DNA from: Alphaproteobacteria bacterium
GTDB lineage: Bacteria > Pseudomonadota > Alphaproteobacteria > UBA828
Direction: 5' to 3'
Length of the DNA stretch: 64,000 bases
NCBI GenBank assembly: GCA_965220745.1
Contig: CBDCQT010000013.1
Location: forward strand, 352,001 to 416,000
Every line of letters starts with the position of its first letter. Position 1 is the first letter of the stretch. A program made the position numbers and the translations under genes. Below, piece after piece: positions 38,030-48,191 of this stretch. The notes beneath the pieces are model-generated. The model saw nothing but the letters and a program-made list of their open reading frames with translations. It made no database searches and was not told the origin of the DNA.

Positions 38030-39297
38030 GCGGCGGCGAAGACGGCTCGGAGACCCCGCCGGCGTCCGAGACTCCGCCCGCGCCCGAGTCGCCGGAAGCG
38101 GAGACGCCGGCGGCACCTCAGGAGCCAGCCGAGCAAGCCGACGAGGGGCGGGCGGAAAGTCGGCGCCCGCGGCTGCTTCCGGTGTGGATACTCTTGGGCG
38201 CTGCCGCGCTTGCAGGCGGCGCCTGGGCGGTGACCGAGCGTATGGGGGGCGGTGGAGGGCCGCCTCCTGACGAGGCTTCGGTGCCGCTCATCACCGCCTC
38301 AGCGGAGCCCTGGAAGGTGCGTCCCGACGATCCGGGCGGATTGAAAATCCCGAACCAGGGCACGCTGATCTACGAGACGCTGACGACTGACGAGCCCGAG
38401 GAAGCGCCCGAGCGAGTTCTGCCGCCGCCGGAGGCGCCGCTGGCTCCGCCAAAGCCGGAGCCCGATAGCGCCGAAGCGCTCGCGGTAGCAGGGTCCGGCG
38501 CAGATACCGCGGTGGCAGCGCTAGAGCCAGATACAGGCGGCGTCGAAGAACCTGCGCTCTCCCCAACGACTGGAGAGGCGACATCCCCAGAACTCGAGGC
38601 ACCGGCGGAGCCCGTCTCGCTCGAAGAGGCACCCCCGCTTGAGCCTGACGGACCTCCGGAGTTCGCGGCGGTCGAGGAAGCGCGCCCCCTCGAACCCAAG
38701 ATTTCGGAAATCGACGGAGTTCTGCTGCCGCCGCCGCCCAAGCCCGGAACACTTGCGGCCATACTGGCCGAGGAGGCACGACTGTCCGAGCTCGATGAGC
38801 CGGCCACGGTCGAAGTCCCCACGCGGGAAACCGCGCCACCGTCAGCAGTCGAGAATTTGCCAGAGCTGGAGGCTGATACGCTGGCTCTGGTCGAAGAAGT
38901 GCTGCAGCGAGACTCTGGGACGCCTCCCGCGTCCCCCCAGGCTGAAGAGGCAGACCCGGTGCCTCTGCCCCCTTACAAACCGCGCCGCCTGGTGCGGGCC
39001 GAGCCGGCTCGCGAAGCGCCCGCTTCATCGGCAACGGATCAACCCCGCGCTTGGCGTTACGTTCAGCTCGGCACCGCGAACGCCAGAGGCCCATTGGAGA
39101 CGCTCTGGGAGACGCTCCGCCGCCGCAACGACGATGCGCTCACCGGCCTCAGCCCGTTGATCATGCCGGTCGATCGCGGCGACAACGGCATCTTCTATCG
39201 GCTGCGCGCCGGTCCTCTGACGGACGTGGCTGCCGCGCAGAGGGTCTGCGAGCGGCTGAAGGCGCGCGGGCGCGAGTGCTTCGTGGCGCGAGACTGA
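38026..39297 (+). CDS. SPOR-domain cell division protein
   Basis: One TM helix, [15 protein letters not shown] motif, Pro/Glu-rich linker, C-terminal VQLG...FYRLRAGP...C..LK..G.ECFV SPOR domain; syntenic after argS. Confidence 0.88.
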   Translation: MSGGEDGSETPPASETPPAPESPEAETPAAPQEPAEQADEGRAESRRPRLLPVWILLGAAALAGGAWAVTERMGGGGGPPPDEASVPLITASAEPWKVRPDDPGGLKIPNQGTLIYETLTTDEPEEAPERVLPPPEAPLAPPKPEPDSAEALAVAGSGADTAVAALEPDTGGVEEPALSPTTGEATSPELEAPAEPVSLEEAPPLEPDGPPEFAAVEEARPLEPKISEIDGVLLPPPPKPGTLAAILAEEARLSELDEPATVEVPTRETAPPSAVENLPELEADTLALVEEVLQRDSGTPPASPQAEEADPVPLPPYKPRRLVRAEPAREAPASSATDQPRAWRYVQLGTANARGPLETLWETLRRRNDDALTGLSPLIMPVDRGDNGIFYRLRAGPLTDVAAAQRVCERLKARGRECFVARD

Positions 39298-39304
39298 GGA
39301 CGGC

Positions 39305-40339
39305 GTGACGCAGCACGCAGCGCCGCAGGCGGTGATTCTCGGCTGCGCGGGCCCGGTTCTTGACGCGGACGAGCGCCGCTTCATCGCCGATGCCGTTCCG
39401 GCAGGCTTCATCCTGTTCAAGCGCAACTGCGAGACTCCGGAACAATTACGGGCGCTAATCACGGTACTGCGCGAGGCTATCGCTCGACCCGATGCGCCGG
39501 TGTTGATCGACCAGGAGGGCGGTCGCGTGGCCCGTCTCGGCTCGCCGCATTGGCGCGTGCCGCCGGCGCCGGCGCTGCTCGGCGCCTTGACCAAGATCGA
39601 TGAAACCGACGGCGCGCGCGCGGCCTGGCTCAATGCCCGCCTGGTGGCGGCCGACCTGCATCCGCTCGGAATTACGGTCAACTGCGCGCCGGTACTGGAC
39701 CTCCACTTCGGCCATGCCGGTAACGCCATCGGCGACCGCTCGCTCGGCGCCGATCCAAATCTGGTGGCGCGTTTGGGCCGGGCAGTCTGTGACGGCCTCG
39801 CCGCGGGCGGCATCGTGCCAGCAATCAAGCACTTGCCTGGGCACGGACGCGCGGCTGCCGACAGCCACGCGGTGTTGCCGCGTGTCGACGCCTCTCTCGA
39901 CGCACTGCAGGACCGCGATTTTGTGCCTTTTCGCGCGCTTCGCGACGTGCCGGCGGGACTGACGGCCCATGTATGCTATGAGGCGCTCGATCCCGAGCGG
40001 CCCGGTACACTGTCCAGGACCGTGATCGAGGAGGCTGTGCGGGGCGCAATTGGCTTCGACGGCCTGTTGGTAAGCGACGATCTCTCCATGGGCGCCCTGA
40101 CCGGGCCGATCGGCGAACGAGCCCGTGCCGCGCTCACGGCCGGCTGCGATGTGGCCCTTCACTGCAACGGAAACCGCGACGAAATGGAGGATGTCGCTGC
40201 GGCTGTGCCCCGGCTCGACGGCCGCGCGCGGGAGAGATTCGAGCTCATGCTGGCGTCGCGGCGCAAACCCGACCCCTTCGATCAAGCCGCCGGCCGACGT
40301 GAACTGGACGCCCTGCTGGCTCGAGTGACTCCCCCGTGA
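39305..40339 (+). CDS. nagZ: Beta-N-acetylhexosaminidase (GH3)
   Basis: GFILFKRN, IDQEGGRVARL, APVLD, KHLPGHGRA..DSH, SDDLSM. Confidence 0.93.
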   Translation: MTQHAAPQAVILGCAGPVLDADERRFIADAVPAGFILFKRNCETPEQLRALITVLREAIARPDAPVLIDQEGGRVARLGSPHWRVPPAPALLGALTKIDETDGARAAWLNARLVAADLHPLGITVNCAPVLDLHFGHAGNAIGDRSLGADPNLVARLGRAVCDGLAAGGIVPAIKHLPGHGRAAADSHAVLPRVDASLDALQDRDFVPFRALRDVPAGLTAHVCYEALDPERPGTLSRTVIEEAVRGAIGFDGLLVSDDLSMGALTGPIGERARAALTAGCDVALHCNGNRDEMEDVAAAVPRLDGRARERFELMLASRRKPDPFDQAAGRRELDALLARVTPP

Positions 40340-41040
40340 TCGAGGCGTGGCTCCTCGCCGCATCGGTCTGGGTGATACCGGTGCTGTTCGCCATCACCCT
40401 GCACGAGGCTGCGCACGGCTGGGCGGCGCTCAAGCTCGGCGACGACACGGCGAAGAGGCTCGGCCGCGTCACAATCAATCCGATCAAGCACGTTCATCCG
40501 GTGGGCACGATCCTGTTGCCGGGCGCGCTCATCGCCGTCGGCGCGCCCTTCGTCTTCGGCTTCGCGAAACCGGTGCCGGTCAACCCGGCGCGGCTGCGCA
40601 ACCCCAGGGGCGGCATGGTCCTGGTGGCGCTCGCGGGGCCGGGGATGAACATCCTGCTGGCCTGCGTCTCGGCGTTGCTGCTCCACGTGGCGACGGCCCT
40701 CCCGGCATCGCTGGCGGAGTGGTGGCAGGCGACGTTCACCCTCGGCATCGTCATCAATCTGGTGCTGGCCATCTTCAACATGCTGCCGGTGCCGCCGCTC
40801 GACGGCGGCCGCGTGGTGCACGGCCTGCTGCCGCCGCGCCATGCCGAGCGTTTCGCGCGACTCGAGCGCTTCGGTATAATTGCCGTGCTGGTCGCGTTCT
40901 TTCTCGTGCCGCTGGCCGCGGCCGAGTTCGGCAGCGCGTTCAACCCGCTGGCGGCGATCATCCTGCCGCCGACGGCAGCGGCCTTCGAGTTGATCGTCGG
41001 CCTGTTCGGGGTGGAGGCACTGGTGTCATGGCTGATCTGA
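40336..41040 (+). CDS. Site-2 protease family (M50) membrane metalloprotease
   Basis: HEAAH zinc motif, FAKPVPVNP, AGPGMN, FNMLPVPPLDGG. Confidence 0.92.
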   Translation: MIEAWLLAASVWVIPVLFAITLHEAAHGWAALKLGDDTAKRLGRVTINPIKHVHPVGTILLPGALIAVGAPFVFGFAKPVPVNPARLRNPRGGMVLVALAGPGMNILLACVSALLLHVATALPASLAEWWQATFTLGIVINLVLAIFNMLPVPPLDGGRVVHGLLPPRHAERFARLERFGIIAVLVAFFLVPLAAAEFGSAFNPLAAIILPPTAAAFELIVGLFGVEALVSWLI

Positions 41041-41849
41041 CACCGTTTGAAGATGACGCGAGCGCGGAGGGTTCGCCCGCGCGCGACCCATGCGCGGCCG
41101 GCGACGAGCCTACGCTGATCGTCAATCTCGACGGGTTCGAGGGGCCGCTCGACCTGTTGCTCACGCTGGCCCGCAACCAGAAGGTCGACCTCGCCCGCAT
41201 CTCGATACTGGCGCTGGCCGAGCAGTATCTGGACTACGTCGCCCAGGCGCGCCGGCTTCGCTTGGAGCTTGCGGCCAACTATCTGGTCATGGCGGCGTGG
41301 CTCGCCTACCTCAAGTCGCGCCTGCTTCTGCCCGACGAGGGGGAGGACGCCGAGGAGCCGAGCGGCCCCGAGATGGCCGCCGCGCTCGCCCTCAGGCTGC
41401 GGCGCCTGGCCGCGATGCGCGACGCCGCTGCGATCCTGATGGACCGACCGCAGCTCGGGCGGGACGTCTTCGCCGCCGGCGCTGCCGAGGGCCTGCCCGT
41501 GCATGAGGAAGCGCTGCACGAGGGCACGCTCGTCGAGCTGTTGCGGGCCTACGCCGCCCACCGCATCCGCCGCAAGCCTCGCGGCCTGCTGATCGAGCTC
41601 AGCGCCTATCACTCGATGGAAGACGCCTACAAGCGGTTGACCCAGTTGCTGGGCAGCACGCCGGACTGGGAAATCCTGGAGCGCTTCCTGCCGAGCGGCC
41701 CTGGCCCCGAGAGCGATGCAGCCGCGCGCTCGGGCGTGGCGAGCACATTGGCTGCGTCGCTGGAGCTTGCGCGCGAGGGCCAGTTGCAGCTTCGCCAGTT
41801 GGAACCGTTCGGCCCGATCTACCTCCGCCGGAGGCGGAAAGAGACATGA
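41028..41849 (+). CDS. scpA: Segregation and condensation protein A
   Basis: FEGPLDLLLTLAR, ANYLVMAAWLAYLKSRLLLP, LELAREG..LRQ..PFGPIY. Confidence 0.94.
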   Translation: MADLTPFEDDASAEGSPARDPCAAGDEPTLIVNLDGFEGPLDLLLTLARNQKVDLARISILALAEQYLDYVAQARRLRLELAANYLVMAAWLAYLKSRLLLPDEGEDAEEPSGPEMAAALALRLRRLAAMRDAAAILMDRPQLGRDVFAAGAAEGLPVHEEALHEGTLVELLRAYAAHRIRRKPRGLLIELSAYHSMEDAYKRLTQLLGSTPDWEILERFLPSGPGPESDAAARSGVASTLAASLELAREGQLQLRQLEPFGPIYLRRRRKET

Positions 41850-42583
41850 CTGATTCGCCCGAGTTGTCACTGTCCGCAGAGCCCACCGAAGACGAGGAGC
41901 GTGCGGCCCGTGCGCGCCGCATCATGGAGGCCATGATTTTCGCGGCCGGCCGGCCGGTCGATGCCGCGACGCTCGCGGCGCAAGTGCCGGAGGGCATCGA
42001 TGTCGAGGGGGAGCTCGCCGCACTCGCCGCATTCTACGACCACCGCGGCATCCATCTCGTGAAGGTCGCCGGCGGCTGGACCTTCCGCACCGCCCAGGAT
42101 TTGGCCGATCACTTGGCCGTACACCGGGTCGTCCGCCGGCGTTTGTCGCGCGCGGCCCTGGAGACGCTTGCGATCATCGCCTACCACCAGCCGGTGACGC
42201 GGGCGGAGGTGGAGGAGATTCGCGGCGTCCACCTGGGGCGGGGCACCCTCGATATCCTGCTGGAAGCCGGCTGGATCGCGCCGAAAGGCCGCCGGCGCAC
42301 ACCGGGCCGCCCTGTGACCTGGGTGACCACGCCGGCATTCATGGAGCATTTCGGGCTGGAAAGCCTCGACGACCTTCCCGGCGTCGACGAGCTGGAGGCT
42401 GCGGGCCTGCTCGACACCCCCGATCCGGCGGCGGAAGGACAAGACGAGGCGCCCGCGCAGATGTCGTCGGAGGAGGAGAGCGGGTGTGCGCCCGATGACG
42501 CCGACGATGCCGAAGAGGATGATCCCGCCGAGGCGGTCTCCACGACGGTCGTGCCTCTCTCCGGCCGGGGCGGGTCGCCGTAA
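41846..42583 (+). CDS. scpB: Segregation and condensation protein B
   Basis: EAMIFA, LSRAALETLAIIAYHQPVTRAEVEEIRGV, PGRPVTWVTT..F..HFGLESLDDLP. Confidence 0.95.
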   Translation: MTDSPELSLSAEPTEDEERAARARRIMEAMIFAAGRPVDAATLAAQVPEGIDVEGELAALAAFYDHRGIHLVKVAGGWTFRTAQDLADHLAVHRVVRRRLSRAALETLAIIAYHQPVTRAEVEEIRGVHLGRGTLDILLEAGWIAPKGRRRTPGRPVTWVTTPAFMEHFGLESLDDLPGVDELEAAGLLDTPDPAAEGQDEAPAQMSSEEESGCAPDDADDAEEDDPAEAVSTTVVPLSGRGGSP

Positions 42584-42770
42584 GCGCGCCGGAAAGCGCA
42601 GAACCGCCACTACCCCCGACCCAAAGTTCCACCGCGAACGCGGCCTGCTCCGCGCGCTTATGCACCTGCAAGGCGTAAGTTGCGCGACGCAACTTGCCTG
42701 TTCCGGCTCATCCCCGTGACCCGTCCTCGTGAAGGGATGAATCTGGGATATGTTCAAAGACTAATTTATT

Positions 42771-42895
42771 GCGGCCTATTCCGGCCTACGCCGGCCCAAA
42801 GTGGCTCAAAGTGACCCAAGGTGGTCCAGGGCGGCCTCTCTCGAAGCGGCTCATTCCGGCCCAAAGTGGCCCAAGGTGGCTCAAGACGGCGTCTC
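42771..42895. repeat. Degenerate tandem array with 10-bp period (12 units in two blocks)
   Basis: Units gcggcctatt, ccggcctacg, ccggcccaaa, gtggctcaaa, gtgacccaag, gtggtccagg, gcggcctctc; 5-nt spacer; then gcggctcatt, ccggcccaaa, gtggcccaag, gtggctcaag, acggcgtctc. Confidence 0.8.
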
Positions 42896-43130
42896 TCGAT
42901 CCAGAGCCGCGCCCGACGCCCATAACGGTGGCGACTGTCCCGCACGCATGAAGGGTCGTGCGCGTAGAGATCAGTCTCGTGGCCCAGCCCGCCGTGCCTG
43001 CCGCGACCTGTTTGCTCTCGCTCAGCATGGCGCGATCTTGACGCAGCCGCCGCGCGCCGTGCACCGCACGATAGTGCGGGGCGTTAAATCGGTCGGGTTG
43101 GCGGTGGAGCGAAAAAGCGCTCTGTAAGCG

Positions 43131-45887
43131 CTACTCGGCCGCTTCGGCCGGGGCTTCCACCGGAGTGACACGGGCGGCGCAGTACTTGAACTCCGGAATC
43201 TTGCCGAAGGGGTCGAGGGCCGGATTGGTCAGCATGTTGCTGGCGGCTTCGGCAAAGCAGAACGGGACGAAGACCACGCCGGCGGGAACACCTGCATCGG
43301 CGCGGGCGCGAAGGCCGATGGCGCCGCGCCGGGTCTCCACAGTGATCGGCGCACCCGGCGCGATGTCCATGCGCTCGAGCTCGGCCGGTGCGAGGTGGGC
43401 GACCGCTTCGGGCTCGAGGTGGTCGAGCACCGTGGCGCGCCGGGTCATGGCGCCCGTGTGCCAATGCTCCAGCATGCGGCCCGTGGTCAGCACCATGGGA
43501 AACTCGTCGTCGGGCGACTCGTCAGGCGGCACGATGCCGGCGGGCACGAGCTTGCCGCGCTTGCTCGGAGTCGGATAGCCGTCCTCGAAGATCACGTCGC
43601 GGCCGGGCTCTTCCTCGCCCTCGCATGGGTAGGTCACGCCGCCCTCGCGGCGGAGCCGCTCCCACGTGATGTTGTCGAGCGAGGGCATGCAGCCCTTCAT
43701 CTCGGCGAAGACATCGGCCGGCCCGCCATAATTCCAGTCGAGCCCGATACGGCGGGCGATTTCCTGGATGATCCACCAGTCCTGCTTCACGCCGTCGGGC
43801 GCGGTGAGCGCGACGCGCCCCATCTGAACCTGGCGGTTGGTGTTGGTGACCGTGCCGTCCTTCTCCGGCCATGCGGAGGCCGGCAGCACCACGTCGGCGT
43901 GCCAGGCGGTCTCGGTGAGGAAAAGCTCCTGGACGACGAAATGATCGAGAGAGGCGAGCGCTTCGCGCACATGGTGCAGGTTGGGGTCCGACATCGCCGG
44001 GTTCTCGCCCATGATGTACATGCCCCTGACCTGGCCTTCGTGGGCGGCGTTCATCACCTCGACCACGGTGAGGCCGGCGTTGGGGTCGAGCTCGGTGCCC
44101 CAGAACTCCGTGAATTTCGCCTGCGGCTCAGGGTCCGACACCCGCTGGTAATCCGGGTACATCATCGGGATGAGCCCGGCGTCGGAGGCCCCCTGCACGT
44201 TGTTCTGGCCGCGCAGCGGGTGCAAGCCGGTACCGGGGCGGCCAACCTGACCCGCGATCAGCGCCAGCGAGATCAGGCAGCGCGCATTGTCGGTGCCGTG
44301 GATGTGCTGAGAGATCCCCATGCCCCAGAAGATGATCGCCGCCTCGGCACGCCCGTAGAGGCGCGCGACCTCGCGCAGCACGTCGGGCTCGATGCCGCAG
44401 ACCGGCCCCATCTCCTCCGGTGCGTAGTCCTTGAGATGGTTGCGGAGCTGCTCGAACCCTTCCGTGTGGGCCGAGACGTACTGACGGTCGTAAAGCTCTT
44501 CCTCGACGATGACGTGCATCAGCGCGTTGAGTAGCGCCACGTCCGTGCCGGGCTTGAATTGCATGAAGTGGCTTGCGTGGCGGGAGAGCGCCGAGCCGCG
44601 CGGGTCGATCACGATCAGCTTCGCCCCGCGTTTCGCCGCGTTCTTGAAGAAGGTCGCGGCCACCGGATGGTTCGCGGTGGGCTGGGCGCCGATCACGATG
44701 ATGACGTCGGAATGCTCGACCTGGTTGAAGCTCGCGGTGACCGCGCCGGAGCCGATGCATTCCAGCAGCGCCGCCACCGACGAGGCATGGCAGAGCCGGG
44801 TGCAGTGATCGACGTTGTTGGTGCCGAAGCCTGCGCGGACGAGCTTCTGGAAAAGATAGGCTTCCTCGTTCGATCCCTTGGCGGAGCCGAAGCCGGCGAG
44901 CGCGCCGGGGCCGTGCTCATCCCGAATTCGCTTGAGGCCCGCCGCCGCCACGTCGAGCGCTTCGTCCCAGGTGGCCTCCCGGAAGTGGGTGAAGGGGTTT
45001 GCCGGGTCGATATCGATATCGGCCGATTTCGGCGCGTCCTCCCGGCGGATCAGCGGCGTCGTCAGCCGGTGCCGGTGATTCACGTAGTCGAAGCCGAAGC
45101 GCCCCTTGACGCAGAGCCTGCCGTGGTTCGCCGGGCCGTCCCTGCCGTCCACCCACAGGATCTTGTTGTCCTTGACGTTGAAGGTGAGCTGGCAGCCGAC
45201 ACCGCAATAGGGGCAGACGCTGTCGACCTGCTTGGCCGGTATCTCCTTGCCGACCTCCTTGGCCGGCATCAGCGCGCCGGTGGGGCAGGCCTGCACGCAT
45301 TCGCCGCAGGCGACGCAGGTGCTCTCGCCCATCGGGTCGTCGAAGTCGAAGACGATCTTGTTGCGCGCGCCACGGCCCGCCATGCCGATCACGTCGTTGA
45401 CCTGCACCTCGCGGCAGGCACGCACGCAGCGCGTGCAATGGATGCAGGCGTCCAGGTTGACAGCCATCGCCGTGTGAGTGAGGTCGGGGGCAGGCGACTG
45501 CCGCGGTTCGAAACGGCTGGCGGAGAGACCCATAGTCCCCGCCCAGTCCCAGAGCTCGCAGGACGGATCGTGGCTGGACTCGGGCGGGGGCTGATCGGCG
45601 AGCAGCAGCTCCATCACCATGTCGCGGGAGCGCACCGCGCGCTCCGCATCGACGCGCACCACCATACCGTCGGCCGGCTTGCGGATGCAGGAAGCCGCGA
45701 GCACCCGCTCGCCCTCGATCTCCACCATGCAGACCCGGCAGTTGCCGTCCGGCCGGTAGCCGGGCTCAGGCGAATAGCAGAGGTGGGGAATGTCGGTCCC
45801 GGTCCGCTTGGCGACCTGCCAGATGGTCTCGTCCGGCTGCGCGGTGACGGCGCGGCCGTCGAGGGTGAAGCGGATGACGTCGCTCAT
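43131..45887 (-). CDS. fdhF: Formate dehydrogenase alpha subunit (Mo/W-bisPGD, NuoG-like N-terminal Fe-S domains)
   Basis: CRVCMVE, CIHCTRCVRAC, CVACGECVQACP, CPYCGVGC, active-site HCTRLCHASS (Cys, not Sec), LRGQNNVQG. Confidence 0.93.
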   Translation of the reverse strand: MSDVIRFTLDGRAVTAQPDETIWQVAKRTGTDIPHLCYSPEPGYRPDGNCRVCMVEIEGERVLAASCIRKPADGMVVRVDAERAVRSRDMVMELLLADQPPPESSHDPSCELWDWAGTMGLSASRFEPRQSPAPDLTHTAMAVNLDACIHCTRCVRACREVQVNDVIGMAGRGARNKIVFDFDDPMGESTCVACGECVQACPTGALMPAKEVGKEIPAKQVDSVCPYCGVGCQLTFNVKDNKILWVDGRDGPANHGRLCVKGRFGFDYVNHRHRLTTPLIRREDAPKSADIDIDPANPFTHFREATWDEALDVAAAGLKRIRDEHGPGALAGFGSAKGSNEEAYLFQKLVRAGFGTNNVDHCTRLCHASSVAALLECIGSGAVTASFNQVEHSDVIIVIGAQPTANHPVAATFFKNAAKRGAKLIVIDPRGSALSRHASHFMQFKPGTDVALLNALMHVIVEEELYDRQYVSAHTEGFEQLRNHLKDYAPEEMGPVCGIEPDVLREVARLYGRAEAAIIFWGMGISQHIHGTDNARCLISLALIAGQVGRPGTGLHPLRGQNNVQGASDAGLIPMMYPDYQRVSDPEPQAKFTEFWGTELDPNAGLTVVEVMNAAHEGQVRGMYIMGENPAMSDPNLHHVREALASLDHFVVQELFLTETAWHADVVLPASAWPEKDGTVTNTNRQVQMGRVALTAPDGVKQDWWIIQEIARRIGLDWNYGGPADVFAEMKGCMPSLDNITWERLRREGGVTYPCEGEEEPGRDVIFEDGYPTPSKRGKLVPAGIVPPDESPDDEFPMVLTTGRMLEHWHTGAMTRRATVLDHLEPEAVAHLAPAELERMDIAPGAPITVETRRGAIGLRARADAGVPAGVVFVPFCFAEAASNMLTNPALDPFGKIPEFKYCAARVTPVEAPAEAAE

Positions 45888-47584
45888 GCGAGCTCCTCCG
45901 GGAAGTAGCGCAAGATGGAGAGCAGCGGGTTCGGCGCGGCCTGTCCGAGCCCGCAGATCGAGGCGTCGGCCATCGCAGCACTTAGCTCGCGCAAGAGCGG
46001 CGCGTCCCAGTGGCCGTTACTCATCATGACGGCCGCCTTCTCGCAGCCGACCCGGCAAGGCGTGCATTGCCCGCAGCTCTCGTCTTCAAAGAACCGCATC
46101 AGGTTGAGGGCCGCGCCCTTCAAGTCGTCCTGGTCGGAAAGCACCATGACCGCAGCCGAGCCAATGAAGCAGCCGTGCTCCTCGAGGGTGCCGAAATCGA
46201 GCGGGAGGTCGGCCATTGAGGCTGGCAGGATGCCGCCCGACGCGCCGCCGGGCAGGTAGGCGCGGAAGGTGTGGCCGTCCGCCATGCCGCCGCAATACTC
46301 GGCCAGCAGCTCGTTCATGGTGATGCCTGCGGGCGCCAGCTTGACGCCAGGCTCCTTTACCCGGCCCGACACCGAGAAGCTGTGGAAGCCGGAGCGCCCG
46401 TTGCGCCCTTCGTCGGCGAACCAGCTCGGCCCGCGCTCCAGGATGTCGCGCACCCAGTGCAGCGTCTCGACATTGTTAATGAGCGTGGGTTGTCCCCAGA
46501 GACCGACCTGGGACGGGAAGGGGGGCTTGTGCCGGGGCTCGCCCCGCTTGCCCTCGATGCTCTCCAGCATCGCCGACTCTTCACCGCAGATATAGGCACC
46601 CGCGCCCCGGCGGAGGATGAGCTTGGTCTGGGCCGTAAGGCCCGCGGCGTCGAGCTTCGCGATCTCCTCCAGCAGCACCTCACGGATGCCCGGATACTCG
46701 TCGCGCAGGTAGATGTAACACTCGGCGGCTTCCACAGCCCAACCAGCGATCAGCGAGCCTTCGAGGAAGCGATGCGGATCCTGCTCCATGTAGACCCGGT
46801 CCTTGATCGTGCCGGGTTCGCCCTCGTCCGCGTTTACCGCCATCAGCCGGGGGCCGGTCTCGGCGCGGACGAAGCGCCATTTGCGACCGGTGGGGAAGCC
46901 CGCGCCGCCCTTGCCCTTGAGGCCACTCTCCTCCAGCGCCGTAATTACGTCGCCGACGGACCGCGCGCCCGAGAGGCATTCCTTGAGCACGGTGTAGCCG
47001 CCAGCAGCGACATAGGCGTCGAAATCAACGTAAGGCGGATTGACCGGAGAATGGTCCGCCCCCTCGACGCACGCGAGGATCGAATCGACCGTCGCCTCGG
47101 TCACGTGGCGATGGCCCACCTCGGCCACCGGCGCTTCCTCGCAGCGCCCCATGCAGGGCGCTCGCACGACTCGCACGTTGTCGCCCACCGCCTCGGGTAG
47201 AGCCTTCAATAGCGTGGGCGCGCCGAGACATTCGCAGGTGAGGCTATCGCAAACCCGGACAGTCAGCGGCGGCGGCGGGCTCTCGCCCTCTATCACCACG
47301 TCGAAGTGCGCGTAGAAGGTCGCGACCTCGTAGACCTCAGCCATGGCGAGGCGCATCTCGGCCGCGAGCGCCGCAAGGTGCCTCGCGGAAAGGCAGCCGT
47401 AATGGTCCTGGATCTTGTGGAGGTGCTCGATCAGCAGGTCTTGGCGTCTGGGCTCGTCTCCCAGCAGCGCGCGGATCTCGGCCTGCGCCGCAGGTTCGAC
47501 CTGCCGGCCCTTCTCGGTGTAGCGCGCCCTGCGCCTCCCGCTTCCGGGGTGTCTGGGCGCCTGATTTCCGGCCGATAGGGCCAC
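45884..47584 (-). CDS. NAD-dependent formate dehydrogenase beta subunit (NuoE-NuoF fusion)
   Basis: VYEVATFY, CDSLTC, CMGRC (NuoE-like); GKGGAGFPTG, NADEGEPG, GAYICGEE, ESCGQCTPCRVG (NuoF-like); GTG 47584 with a GGAGA RBS. Confidence 0.9.
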   Translation of the reverse strand: MALSAGNQAPRHPGSGRRRARYTEKGRQVEPAAQAEIRALLGDEPRRQDLLIEHLHKIQDHYGCLSARHLAALAAEMRLAMAEVYEVATFYAHFDVVIEGESPPPPLTVRVCDSLTCECLGAPTLLKALPEAVGDNVRVVRAPCMGRCEEAPVAEVGHRHVTEATVDSILACVEGADHSPVNPPYVDFDAYVAAGGYTVLKECLSGARSVGDVITALEESGLKGKGGAGFPTGRKWRFVRAETGPRLMAVNADEGEPGTIKDRVYMEQDPHRFLEGSLIAGWAVEAAECYIYLRDEYPGIREVLLEEIAKLDAAGLTAQTKLILRRGAGAYICGEESAMLESIEGKRGEPRHKPPFPSQVGLWGQPTLINNVETLHWVRDILERGPSWFADEGRNGRSGFHSFSVSGRVKEPGVKLAPAGITMNELLAEYCGGMADGHTFRAYLPGGASGGILPASMADLPLDFGTLEEHGCFIGSAAVMVLSDQDDLKGAALNLMRFFEDESCGQCTPCRVGCEKAAVMMSNGHWDAPLLRELSAAMADASICGLGQAAPNPLLSILRYFPEELA

Positions 47585-47732
47585 TCGCGGTCTCCGACGA
47601 TTGTTGTTCCACCGAGTTCGGCGGGCGGTATGACAAACTGCCCCGATGCCTAACACCTAGCCGGTCGACGGTCGAGAATTAGTTTGAATGTCGGTCCAGG
47701 TGCACCGCGTCGCGAGGCAGTGATCGGGCTAC

Positions 47733-47930
47733 TCAAAACGGGTCCTCGTCGAGCGGCGCGGGCGAATCGACCTTCGTGAGGCTGACCACGGCGGCGTTGA
47801 TCAGACGTTTGCCCGCATTTTCGAAATTCGCCGTCACCCGCTCGCCGATCACAGACTGCACCTGCCCGAGGCCCCATTCCGGTGCGTGCGGGTTCGTGAC
47901 CCAGTCGCCTGGCGCGAGGCCCTCGACCAT
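47733..47930 (-). CDS. Small conserved protein (DUF3553-like)
   Basis: LAPGDWVTNPHAPEWGLGQVQSVIGERVTANFENAGKRLIN. Confidence 0.8.
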   Translation of the reverse strand: MVEGLAPGDWVTNPHAPEWGLGQVQSVIGERVTANFENAGKRLINAAVVSLTKVDSPAPLDEDPF

Positions 47931-48129
47931 CTCTTTCCTCTCTCAAACCGGCAGGCTGCGAGGTCCTGCTCGCCCCCGGCCATGATAGCCGTGCGATGCT
48001 CCGTCGGCCATTTCCGGGCGTCCCGATACTCCTCACGATCTCAAGAGTTTCAGGCAATTCGTTGAATTGTAACGAAATACTCGCTAAGACGAATTCTCTA
48101 ACACGAGCGGGGAAGGGCGTCGGAATGGC

Positions 48130-48158
48130 TTGCCGAGGCGCCGGTGCATTCTTATACT
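48130..48158 (+). promoter_or_regulatory. Sigma70-type promoter of dksA
   Basis: TTGCCG (48130-35), 17-nt spacer, TATACT (48153-58), then a GC-rich discriminator ccgcgcc. Confidence 0.6.
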
Positions 48159-48191
48159 CCGCGCCCATTTCAAGGGGGACGCGGCAAGACA

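Noticed and set aside
38400-39000. Pro/Glu-rich low-complexity stretch
   Set aside because: Ordinary disordered linker of a SPOR protein; no DNA-level periodicity seen.
42771-42895. Possible CRISPR array
   Set aside because: Units are 10 bp, degenerate and contiguous, with no unique spacers and no cas genes.
44790-44815. Selenocysteine recoding in the FDH alpha subunit
   Set aside because: The active-site residue is a normal Cys in an uninterrupted ORF.
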